The translations under genes and the position numbers were made by a program. DNA of 64,000 nucleotides from an uncultured delta proteobacterium. GTDB taxonomy: Bacteria; Desulfobacterota; Binatia; Binatales; Binataceae. Below are positions 20,858 through 29,564 of this stretch, piece after piece. The stretch is from contig CAWEEQ010000004.1 in NCBI GenBank assembly GCA_963808235.1, forward strand, positions 3,264,001-3,328,000, in the 5' to 3' direction. Each line of letters opens with the position of its first letter. Positions within the stretch are counted from its first letter, which is position 1. The notes under the pieces were generated by a model. That model saw nothing but the letters and a program-made list of their open reading frames with translations. It searched no databases and was not told where the DNA came from.

Positions 20858-22636
20858 CTACTTCGGCGTCAGCCGGTACAGCGCAACTGCCTGATTCTGC
20901 TGCACCATCTCGACACTAAACTTCGCCGCCAACTGATCGAGTTCGCCCTTGAGCACGTCGGCATAGTCCTGCGTCTCGGGCGCGGCTATCAGGAGAAAGA
21001 CCGGCGTCCTCGCGCTGATTGCCGATGCGAGCGCGTCCGTCTCGCCAGTTATCTGCCCGCCATCGAACACCACCGGCGGCACCGCGCCGTTCCATCCCGC
21101 GGCGCGTTTTTCGTACAGGCGATGCAGATGGTAGTCGGTGAATCGCTCGCCCGGGTCGAGTGAGTTCAGACCAACGAAGCGCCGATTGTTCGAGGGCAGA
21201 TACAGTTCGAGAAATTGCAGCGAGATGTTGCTGACCACGGTCGCATCGCGAGGAATGGATTGATCTAATGACACCAGCGAGGCGACCATCGGAGATTTCG
21301 ATGGCGTCGCGCTCAACCGTGCGACCGCTTCTGAAGCCAGCGACACGATCAGCAGCACGTCGAGCACGATCACGCCTGCCGCTGCCGCGAGCTGACCGGC
21401 GCTGCGATTAGGATTGCGCAACAGGTCGCGCATCCATCGATTCGCCGTCGCCGCTCCGGCGCCCGCCGCGATGAACAATACAAACGCCGCCGGCAAAATG
21501 AACGCCACGTCGGTGAACAGGTAGAAGCAGTACAGCCCGGCCAGTGCGGCAAGGTATCCGAGCCCGAACCACAGGATGCGCCGCGCCGCGGGCTTGTCCG
21601 ACGCGCGAAGTATCGCGAGGAATCCGACAATCGCGAACATCGCCGCCGCGAATGGGTACAGGAAGTAGCGCACGTCGCCGCGATCACCGAGCATCCCGTC
21701 GAGTCCCAGAAGCGTCGTCACGTAAACCAGCACGTTGCCATGCGGATTTCGCGGCATCGTCGGACCGAACAGATACGCGATGCTGAAGGTCTTCCCGCCA
21801 CTGCCATAGACTTCCGGCACCCACCACGCGTAGCCGCTGGCAAAGGCACTGCCGAGATGAATCGAGTTCTGATGCAACTGCCACCCGACCGGAATCGCAA
21901 ACCCGATCGCGATTGCGATCGCCGCTTTAACGAGACTCGAATGATCTCGACGCTCGAGCGGCACCATCACGACGCACAACGCGAGCCCGGCAAGTATCGT
22001 GACATTGGTCGGACGAATGATCGTCGAGAACCCGGCCAATAAACCGAACATCAACCATGCGGACATGCGCGCCCAGCTCGGCGATTGAGGCGCGTCGTCT
22101 GCAGTCGCTACCATCAGCATCTGCGCGGCACAAATCGTAACGAATAAGGTCGGTACGTCGCTCATCATGAGGGTCGAATATGTGATGAAGACGGGCGAGA
22201 GCGCGAGCAGTAGTGCCCCAATCACCCCTGCCGCGCGACCAAACGCCCACACTGCCAACACAAAGATAGCGAAGACCGATAATATCCCGAGCGCACAAGA
22301 GAGCAGCGGAACTTGTGAGATTGCGCCGTGGCAGAAGGATTCCAGAATCAGCGGGTAGCCGCCGGTGTACCGCGACGGGTAAGTATATCCACCGAAATGC
22401 AGTACCGCACCGCGACCATTCGCCAAGTTCACCGCCGATGCGGCGTACTCAAGTCCATCCGGCCATGGCATCAACTCAAATCCGCGCCGCCAGCCTGCAG
22501 ATCGGACCATCATCAAGGTGAGCAACTCTATCGCCAGCAAGATTCCCCAACCGACGATTCCCCACTCGAGCATTCCAAATTCGAGGAAGCGCGATTGGGA
22601 TGCGACGGGCTCCTTCGATGACTTCGCGCGGCTCAT
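20858..22636 (-). CDS. Polytopic membrane glycosyltransferase (GT-C/ArnT-PMT-like)
   Basis: PDGLEY acidic loop after TM1, GYPLIL, MSDVP, IRP; many TM helices. Confidence 0.7.
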   Translation of the reverse strand: MSRAKSSKEPVASQSRFLEFGMLEWGIVGWGILLAIELLTLMMVRSAGWRRGFELMPWPDGLEYAASAVNLANGRGAVLHFGGYTYPSRYTGGYPLILESFCHGAISQVPLLSCALGILSVFAIFVLAVWAFGRAAGVIGALLLALSPVFITYSTLMMSDVPTLFVTICAAQMLMVATADDAPQSPSWARMSAWLMFGLLAGFSTIIRPTNVTILAGLALCVVMVPLERRDHSSLVKAAIAIAIGFAIPVGWQLHQNSIHLGSAFASGYAWWVPEVYGSGGKTFSIAYLFGPTMPRNPHGNVLVYVTTLLGLDGMLGDRGDVRYFLYPFAAAMFAIVGFLAILRASDKPAARRILWFGLGYLAALAGLYCFYLFTDVAFILPAAFVLFIAAGAGAATANRWMRDLLRNPNRSAGQLAAAAGVIVLDVLLIVSLASEAVARLSATPSKSPMVASLVSLDQSIPRDATVVSNISLQFLELYLPSNNRRFVGLNSLDPGERFTDYHLHRLYEKRAAGWNGAVPPVVFDGGQITGETDALASAISARTPVFLLIAAPETQDYADVLKGELDQLAAKFSVEMVQQNQAVALYRLTPK

Positions 22637-24171
22637 CGCAGCGCGTCTCCGCGACCGCCGACAGTGCCGACGCCGCGCGCATCGGCGGATGGCTCCTCGT
22701 CGTGCTGCTCATCCCGCGGATCGTGCGGATGCTCTATCCCGAAGTTTGGGTCGAGGACGATTTCTACCTCGAAAGCGCGTGGCTGGTGAGCGTCGGGATG
22801 CGCCCGTACCTGGATTTCGTTCATCCGCATATGCCGCTGCTCGAATGGATCGCGGGTGGCTACCTCAAGTTGTTCGGCCCGAGCCTTCTGTCGCTCGAAG
22901 TCCTGAACGAAGCCGCGATTTTCGCCTCTAGTCTCCTTACGTACTCGCTGGCGCGCCGCGTCTCCGGTCGCCCGGCCGCGATCGCCGCGTCGATTCTATA
23001 CGGATATAGTTCGCTCGTCTTTCGCTACCATGCCTACGAGCGCGAATCGTTCATCGCCCCGCTCATCCTGCTCGCCGCACTCGTGACCCTCGACGACACG
23101 ATGCCCGCAATCCGCCAAGCGGTCATCCTCGCGATAATTTTCTTTGTCGCATGCGCGATCAAGCTGACCGCGGTGATTCCCTATCCCGTGATTCTCTTGT
23201 TCATCGCGATCGCCTACCGCCGAATCGGGGCCGCGGTCATCTCGGGCGCCTTCTTCATGCTCGCGCTTGCCGGTTTCAGCGCAGTGCTCTACCGGCTGTA
23301 CGGCTACGAGTTCGTTTTCCAGACGTTCGTATTTCACTTTCTGAAAGGGCGCGATTCCGGCTTCGACATCGCGCTCTACCCGCGCATGATCCTCGACATC
23401 CTGGGCCCGCTTTTCGTGCTTGGATGCTGGCGAGTCTACGCCGATCGGATTTTCAACCGCCGCGTGATTCTAATTTTGGCGACCGTGGCGGCTGAATATG
23501 CGTTTTATGGAGTGCTCAGTCCAACCGCGTGGGGCCACAACTACCTGGAAGCGATCCCGTTCATTGCGATCGTCGCCGGTATCGGCGCTGCGGGGCTGGT
23601 TGCCGCCGCCGAAGATTCTCGCGAGCGATGGCGCCGGCTCGTGACGGGCGCGGCCCTGATCGTGATCTTTCTCTTCTGGATCACGCCGCTTGTGAACGAG
23701 AACTGGCTTCATGGCAGCGTCTATGGATTCGGTTTCGTGCCGCGCGCGGAAATCGCGCAGCTCGCCGACGCGCTGCGCATTTCCAGCAAGCCCACAGACG
23801 ACGTGATCGCGCCGTCGTTCATATGCTTCGCGGCCGGGCGCCGCGAGCTGATCCGCTATCCGGAAACCTACGGCGTTTACCGCGAAGGGAAAGAGGAATT
23901 CGAGCGTGACGGATTTTTCGCCGCGCGTCGCCATCTTGGCAAGGCCGATTTTTTTCAGCTGATATCCGATACCAGGCATTTCTGGACCGAGCAGATGCGC
24001 ACCGCGATTGGATCCGGAAAAGTCTCCGCCGTCATTTCCGACTCGCCGGTTCAGTTACTGCCGCTGGTTTTGATTCCCGACAATTATTTGACCCAGAGCG
24101 GTTTCCATCCCGTGCTGACCACCGAGCATTTCACGCTGTGGACGCGTGGCAACACCGGCGCAGCGCCCTAG
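22618..24171 (+). CDS. Polytopic membrane glycosyltransferase (GT-C/ArnT-PMT-like)
   Basis: EDDFY, GMRPYLDFVHPHMP loop, AIKLT; many TM helices; start uncertain (22600 or 22618). Confidence 0.72.
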   Translation: MTSRGSSQRVSATADSADAARIGGWLLVVLLIPRIVRMLYPEVWVEDDFYLESAWLVSVGMRPYLDFVHPHMPLLEWIAGGYLKLFGPSLLSLEVLNEAAIFASSLLTYSLARRVSGRPAAIAASILYGYSSLVFRYHAYERESFIAPLILLAALVTLDDTMPAIRQAVILAIIFFVACAIKLTAVIPYPVILLFIAIAYRRIGAAVISGAFFMLALAGFSAVLYRLYGYEFVFQTFVFHFLKGRDSGFDIALYPRMILDILGPLFVLGCWRVYADRIFNRRVILILATVAAEYAFYGVLSPTAWGHNYLEAIPFIAIVAGIGAAGLVAAAEDSRERWRRLVTGAALIVIFLFWITPLVNENWLHGSVYGFGFVPRAEIAQLADALRISSKPTDDVIAPSFICFAAGRRELIRYPETYGVYREGKEEFERDGFFAARRHLGKADFFQLISDTRHFWTEQMRTAIGSGKVSAVISDSPVQLLPLVLIPDNYLTQSGFHPVLTTEHFTLWTRGNTGAAP

Positions 24172-24765
24172 CTACTTTTTGCGGCGCGGGGGGCGGTAGC
24201 GCGACGGAACACGGCGATGAGGCGGCGGATTGTAGACGTGCATGAACGAGAACGCGGCAATCGTCAGCGCGTGCATGATCGCGCCCGTCGCGATGAGTTC
24301 GCGAATCTCGGTCATCGGCACCAGCACTACTTCGGTCTCTTCGTTGCCGAGTGCCACCGGGCGGTCCACCTCGCGCACGTTCTCGGCGAGAAACGAGAAA
24401 CAGATGTTGCCCTGGATCGCGGGATTCGGATGGACCCGGCCGAGTTCCACGATAGTATCCGAATCGTAGCCGCTCTCCTCGATCATCTCGCGACGCGCCG
24501 CATGCATCGGGGCCGCATCTTCCGGATCGATCATCCCGCCAGGAATCTCAAGGGTGAACTCGGCGATTCCGTGCCGCCATTGGTTGATCATCACGACCTT
24601 GCCGCTTCCCGTCAGCGGAATGATATTCACCCAGTTCGGCGCGTCGAGGATGAAGAAGTCGTATTCACCGCGCCGCGAATGTATCGATCGGCGCCGATGT
24701 AGATCGAAGATAGGAGTGCGATAGGCGACATCGCTCCGGAGCGTTTTCCACTTGCGCGGTTTCAT
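24172..24765 (-). CDS. NUDIX hydrolase (ADP-ribose pyrophosphatase-like)
   Basis: Nudix box GGMIDPEDAAPMHAARREMIEESGY; QWRHG, LEIPGG. Confidence 0.9.
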   Translation of the reverse strand: MKPRKWKTLRSDVAYRTPIFDLHRRRSIHSRRGEYDFFILDAPNWVNIIPLTGSGKVVMINQWRHGIAEFTLEIPGGMIDPEDAAPMHAARREMIEESGYDSDTIVELGRVHPNPAIQGNICFSFLAENVREVDRPVALGNEETEVVLVPMTEIRELIATGAIMHALTIAAFSFMHVYNPPPHRRVPSRYRPPRRKK

Positions 24766-24784
24766 AACGCGGTGGGATTCGCGG

Positions 24785-25214
24785 CTAGAACAAGCGAGAG
24801 AATTCGATTGCCGGGCAGCGGTCCATGATTACGGTCATTCCGGCTTGCTGGGCCCGGCGGGCCGCATCGAGATGGATCACGCCGAGCTGGCACCAGAGGA
24901 TGCGCGCGCCCTTTGCGATCGCGTCTTCGAGGACCCCGGGCACGAACTCGGAGCGTCTGAAAACGTCAACTATTTCGACCGGCTCCGGAATCGACGCGAC
25001 ATCGGGGTAGCATTTTTCACCGAGCTCAGCTTTGAGCGCGTCGGCGCCGAGTTGCGGATTGACGGGAATCACCTTGAAGCCGCGGCTTTTTAGCAACTTG
25101 GCGATTCGAAGCGAGTCGCGCGCCGGATTATCCGAGCATCCCACGACAGCGACCGTCGCAGGCCGCGAGAGGATCGCGCGAATCTCCGAGTCCGGCGGAT
25201 TGCGTGAATTCCAT
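24785..25214 (-). CDS. CoA-binding protein (YccU-like); +1 frameshift a few codons after the start
   Basis: NPPDSEIRAIL..VAVVGCSDNPARDS, VIPVNP, DVFRRSE, WCQLG, MDRC. The nearby ATG (25214) is out of frame by one base. Confidence 0.85.
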
Positions 25215-25219
25215 CGCCG

Positions 25220-25741
25220 CTATTCCTGGAACAGGCGCTCGATGATTGTCGGGACCAGGCGCCTGATTTCCTCGCGGCACTCGGCGAACACCAGGTCGCC
25301 CTTCTCGTATGGATCGTCGATATCGCCAGTCTCGCCGGCGAACGATCGGAGTGTAAAAACCGGCCGTGCGTTTGCGCCCGGAAAACGATCGACCAGCTCG
25401 CGCGCCTGCTGCTCGGTCATCGCGATTATGAGGTCGGCGTCCTCGAGCATCTCGGGATGCCGTTTCAGGTCGGTCGAGACGGCCTCATCGCCGAGATCGA
25501 TGCCGACTTCGCGCAGCGCCATCCGCGTGTCGAGCGAGACCAAGGCTCCGTCGCGCGCATACGGCGCGATTCCCGCCGAGGTGATGGTAATTTGATGGTC
25601 GAAGCCGAGCGCGTCGAGTTCGCGGCGCAGAATATGTTCCGCCATCACGCTTCGCGCGGTGTTGGCCGCGCAGATGAACAGGATAGAACGAAAGCGCGGC
25701 TCACGTGGAGCCGCGCCTTTCGGTTTCGCATTGGTGGTCAA
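25220..25741 (-). CDS. Low-molecular-weight protein tyrosine/arginine phosphatase family
   Basis: ILFICAANTARSVMAE (CX5R), SAGI, ADLIIAM, IDDPY; TTG start inferred. Confidence 0.85.
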   Translation of the reverse strand: MTTNAKPKGAAPREPRFRSILFICAANTARSVMAEHILRRELDALGFDHQITITSAGIAPYARDGALVSLDTRMALREVGIDLGDEAVSTDLKRHPEMLEDADLIIAMTEQQARELVDRFPGANARPVFTLRSFAGETGDIDDPYEKGDLVFAECREEIRRLVPTIIERLFQE

Positions 25742-25764
25742 AAATCTGTACGCGTCGGGACGAC

Positions 25765-26697
25765 CTACACGCCTCCGCCCATCACCTCGCCCATGCTCTC
25801 TTTTTTGGAAACGCCTTTGGCGATTTCTTCCTTGAGCTTGGCGCCGAGTTCCGCCGGCTCCCACATCGAGCCTTTCTTCGAAACCTTAGCCGCCGTGTGC
25901 CATCCCTTCATCAGCCACACGTTGCCCATGCCCACGCGGAACACTTCTCCGTGACAGTCTTTGGCGTCATCGCTCGACAGCCACGCCACCAGCGGCGCGA
26001 CGTGCGCAGGCGTGAACGCGTCCCATTGTCCCGCCTTTTGCGCCATGCCGGCGGCGGTCTGCGGGGTCGCGTCTACGGTCAGGCGGGTGCGCGCGACCGG
26101 CGCGATCGCATTGGCGGTGACGCCATAGCGGCTCATCTCGCGGTCCACGATTATCGCCATCGCGGCGACCGCGGCCTTGGCGGCGCCGTAGTTGCTTTGT
26201 CCCGCGTTGCCCAGGATGCCCGAGTCGGAACTGGTATTGATCAACCGTCCGTTGAGCACGTTGCCCGCTTTGTGCTGCTCGCGCCAATAGGCGGTCGCGT
26301 GGCGAGAAACGTTGAAGGTGCCCTTCAGATGGACGGCGACCACCGCGTCCCAATCCTCTTCGCTCATGTTGAAGACCATGCGGTCGCGCAGGATGCCGGC
26401 GTTGTTGACGACGATGTTGAGCTTGCCGAAATTGTCGATCGCGCAATCGATGATTCGCTTGGCGGACTTGAAGTCGGTCACGCTCTCGAAATTGGCGACC
26501 GCCTCTCCGCCGGCCGACCGAATTTCCTTGACCACGTCCTCGGCGGGCGAGCGCGATTGCCCGGTACCGTCGAAATGTCCGCCCAGATCGTTGATCACGA
26601 CTTTCGCGCCGTGCTTGGCGAGCAAGAGCGCCTCTTCGCGCCCGATACCGCGGCCCGCGCCGGTAATTACCGCTACTTTTCCATCCAGTAGTGCCAT
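25765..26697 (-). CDS. Short-chain dehydrogenase (MFE-2/17beta-HSD-like)
   Basis: TGAGRGIG, VVINDLG, NNAGILRD, NYGAAK. Confidence 0.92.
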   Translation of the reverse strand: MALLDGKVAVITGAGRGIGREEALLLAKHGAKVVINDLGGHFDGTGQSRSPAEDVVKEIRSAGGEAVANFESVTDFKSAKRIIDCAIDNFGKLNIVVNNAGILRDRMVFNMSEEDWDAVVAVHLKGTFNVSRHATAYWREQHKAGNVLNGRLINTSSDSGILGNAGQSNYGAAKAAVAAMAIIVDREMSRYGVTANAIAPVARTRLTVDATPQTAAGMAQKAGQWDAFTPAHVAPLVAWLSSDDAKDCHGEVFRVGMGNVWLMKGWHTAAKVSKKGSMWEPAELGAKLKEEIAKGVSKKESMGEVMGGGV

Positions 26698-26701
26698 CTC
26701 G

Positions 26702-27304
26702 CTAGTTCCTCTTTTTTTCCTTGTCGTTCGGATTTTGAGCTTGTGGAGCTTGCTGGGCGATTTCGCCCGGCCCTATTACGTCGAAGTCTTCCTTGGGTTC
26801 CATCAATGATTCGTCCAGATGCGCGGGTAATTCGTAGATCAGATCGATTGTCATGCGCGACTTATCCGCGTCGCTCGGATACAGCATGATGCTTCCCGGA
26901 CGCCCGTTGTAATGAAAGTCGCACGACCAGGTCTTGCGCGCCGACATGATGAGCGACGAGGTTATCCGAAAGTCATTCTTCTTGAGCGCGTCCTTATAAT
27001 AGCCGACCATCTGCGGGAAATCGCCCTGCGCGCTTAGCAATATCTCGCGCATCGCACCCTTGGGTTTGCGTACATGCTCGACGACCGCGCCCGGATACAT
27101 CGGCATCTGCTTGTACAGGTCCGGCGGCAGCACTTTGCTCGGTTCATCGGGCGCCGTCATCGAGGACTGCACGGGCGGAGGCGCGGTGATTGGCGACGGA
27201 GGAGTTTTGCAGGCGGCGAGTCCAGCGAACAAGGCTGCGGTGAGCAGTCCTTTACCCGGGAGCGACCGTGCAAGTCTTGAAATGAACAAGTCGGGCGGAT
27301 TCAC
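26702..27304 (-). CDS. Hypothetical lipoprotein (start uncertain)
   Basis: Lipobox LAAC, Pro-rich linker, MPMYPGAVV motif. Confidence 0.65.
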   Translation of the reverse strand: MNPPDLFISRLARSLPGKGLLTAALFAGLAACKTPPSPITAPPPVQSSMTAPDEPSKVLPPDLYKQMPMYPGAVVEHVRKPKGAMREILLSAQGDFPQMVGYYKDALKKNDFRITSSLIMSARKTWSCDFHYNGRPGSIMLYPSDADKSRMTIDLIYELPAHLDESLMEPKEDFDVIGPGEIAQQAPQAQNPNDKEKKRN

Positions 27305-27388
27305 CGTCTTATTAATTGAAAGAAGGCCGTTATTTTTCAAAACGTTAATCGACAAAAAAATAATGACCGCATCGCGGTCACGATCTGG

Positions 27389-27426
27389 CAAGTTCTGGAT
27401 AGACTTGCAAGTTCTGGATAGACTTG
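27389..27426. repeat. Perfect 19-bp tandem duplication
   Basis: CAAGTTCTGGATAGACTTG twice. Confidence 0.9.
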
Positions 27427-27650
27427 AACGACCGATAAGTCAAGGCAATTCGATCCCAGGGAGGATCGGTTCGCGCTTGATTTCCCATGGTCGAGCGGCC
27501 CGCTTTTGGCGTACAATCAAATCGGGTTGCGGCTCGATGATCCAGAATCGCGCAACCTTTTACGGCTGCGGCGCGAGCTACCAGGTTTGCGCTGTGCCAA
27601 TCGGATCGACCGGCGAACGATCCGATTTTTTACGCGCCGAGAAGCGACTC

Positions 27651-27680
27651 TTGACAAATACTTGGCATTGTTGCATTCAG
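27651..27680 (+). promoter_or_regulatory. Candidate promoter for the exbB-like operon
   Basis: Perfect TTGACA at 27651; -10 element weak. Confidence 0.35.
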
Positions 27681-27880
27681 ACTTTCCGCCATATCCGGAA
27701 GACTTTATCGTCTCTGGCCGGCCGGTGGGAGCTTGATTTGTTGGGGTTACGGCTCGACGGCGCGGGACTCGTGCCGGAGAGCATCGCGAAAGACAGTTTG
27801 GGACAGTTTGGGGTAACGGTTCGGGGCGGACCAGAATATCTCCGCCCAGATCTATTTTAACACTTCTAGAGGGATAAGAG

Positions 27881-28522
27881 ATGCAAAGCAATTTTGGAAT
27901 TTTGGGAATGATCCAAGAGGGTTACTACGCTACGTACCCCCTGCTGTTCATTTCGGTCATCTGCCTCGCGATCATTTTCGAGCGCGTGTGGGCGCTATGG
28001 GGCGTCGGCCCGAAGACCGCGAAGCTGGCCGACTCGCTGGTGCCGCAACTCCGCCAGGGCAAGTTCAACGAGGCGTTGCAGGCAACCCAAGCGCGGGGCA
28101 CCGCTGCCGAGCGCATCTATCACACCCTGATCTCGGGATCGCAGACCATGGACCGCGACCATCTGCTCGAGCTCGACGACGAGCGTCGCTACCAGGAAGG
28201 GCTCGAGTTCAAGCGTTACATCTGGGTGCTGGCGACCGCCGGCGCGTCGGCGCCGTTCATCGGGCTGTTCGGCACCGTCGTCGGAATCCTGGTCGCATTC
28301 CAATCGATGGCGATCATGGGCACCGGCGGTTTCTCGGTCGTCGCGGCCGGTATTTCGGCGGCGCTGATCTCGACCGCGCTCGGACTTGCCGTCGCGATCG
28401 TCGCGGTCATATTCTACAACTACTTCTCGGTTAAGGTTGAGAACATCAACGCCATGCAGCACATCAACGATGATCGCCTGATCGACGCCGCGCTGCAGGG
28501 GAGACAGGCGCGTGGCAATTAG
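27881..28522 (+). CDS. MotA/TolQ/ExbB proton-channel protein
   Basis: IIFER, APFIGLFGTVVGI, VAAGISAALISTALGLAVAI; three TM helices. Confidence 0.93.
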   Translation: MQSNFGILGMIQEGYYATYPLLFISVICLAIIFERVWALWGVGPKTAKLADSLVPQLRQGKFNEALQATQARGTAAERIYHTLISGSQTMDRDHLLELDDERRYQEGLEFKRYIWVLATAGASAPFIGLFGTVVGILVAFQSMAIMGTGGFSVVAAGISAALISTALGLAVAIVAVIFYNYFSVKVENINAMQHINDDRLIDAALQGRQARGN

Positions 28523-28964
28523 CGGACCTCATACCGGCGGAGGCGGCGTCTTCGACAGCATTAACATCACGCCGCTCACCGACATCTTCCTGGTCCTCCT
28601 GATCATCTTCATGGTGACGACTTCCGTCACCATCGAGTCTGCGGCGCACGTCGACCTGCCCAACGCGACCAACACTGCGCCCGAGAACAAGGGCGTCATC
28701 GTCACCTACACGACCCAGCACGAGCTGTTCGTGAACTCCAAGGACGTGCCCGAGCGCGAACTGCGCTCCAGCCTGAGCGAGGCGCTGGGCAAAGTCGATG
28801 CGAAGATCGTCGTGTTCCAGGGCGATCGCAAAGTGCTGCTCGGCGACATGGTCCGGATTCTGAACATCGCCAAGGCCGCCGGCGCAACGCAAATAGCGAT
28901 CGCGGCCAAGCGGGCCACGGGTGCGCAGATGGCCAATTCCTCGGGTGCAGGTGGAGGACAATGA
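28512..28964 (+). CDS. ExbD/TolR family protein (copy 1)
   Basis: INITPLTDIFLVLLIIFMV with the conserved TM Asp; VDLP; FQGD; overlaps the exbB stop. Confidence 0.92.
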   Translation: MAISGPHTGGGGVFDSINITPLTDIFLVLLIIFMVTTSVTIESAAHVDLPNATNTAPENKGVIVTYTTQHELFVNSKDVPERELRSSLSEALGKVDAKIVVFQGDRKVLLGDMVRILNIAKAAGATQIAIAAKRATGAQMANSSGAGGGQ

Positions 28965-29019
28965 TCGGGTCGCGGTACGCTCGAGACCTGAAAGTCACCG
29001 CCCTTAGAGGTGTTTGCTC

Positions 29020-29478
29020 ATGGCAATGACTTCAAATCAAGGCGGCGGGGTTTTCTCCGACATCAACATCACCCCGTTGACCGATATTTTTCTCGTCCTG
29101 CTGATCATCTTCATGGTGACCACCGCAGTGACGATCGAATCCGCCGCGCACGTCGATCTGCCCAAGGCCGAGCAAGCGGCCCCGACCGACAAACCCAAGG
29201 GCATCATCGTGACTTACACCGCGGATCATCAGATCTACGTGAACGACAAGATCGTAACCGAACCGGAGCTGGTGCCCCAGTTGCACGCGGCGCTACAGAA
29301 TTCGACCGACAAGATCGTAGTATTCCAGGGTGACCCCAAGGTCATACTTGGAGACATGGTGCGCATCCTGGATCTCGCCAAGTCGGCGGGTGCGGAAGCG
29401 ATCGCAATCGCAGTGTCGTCACTTCCTCCCGGTGGCGGTGGCGCGCCGGCCGGTGGAGCGCCCGGCGGCGGAGTATAG
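29020..29478 (+). CDS. ExbD/TolR family protein (copy 2)
   Basis: INITPLTDIFLVLLIIFMV; IDLP-type VDLPKA; FQGD. Confidence 0.92.
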   Translation: MAMTSNQGGGVFSDINITPLTDIFLVLLIIFMVTTAVTIESAAHVDLPKAEQAAPTDKPKGIIVTYTADHQIYVNDKIVTEPELVPQLHAALQNSTDKIVVFQGDPKVILGDMVRILDLAKSAGAEAIAIAVSSLPPGGGGAPAGGAPGGGV

Positions 29479-29564
29479 GAGTTTGATTTTCGAACCAAAT
29501 GGAATGAACGAGGATCTCGGCTCGGTCGCGGCAATCGCGGCTTAGGCAGGGAGCGCGCGCAAAT

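Noticed and set aside
27389-27426. Tandem repeats as a CRISPR array (also 56532-56562 and 54161-54316)
   Set aside because: No spacers of CRISPR length, too few units, no cas genes; one repeat is coding.
27662-27675. Sigma54 promoter TGGCATTGTTGCA
   Set aside because: GG-to-GC spacing is 7 nt rather than the required 10.
27881-29478. Naming the motor aglRQS or tolQR
   Set aside because: No glt, tolA, tolB or pal genes in the window; only family-level assignment is supported.
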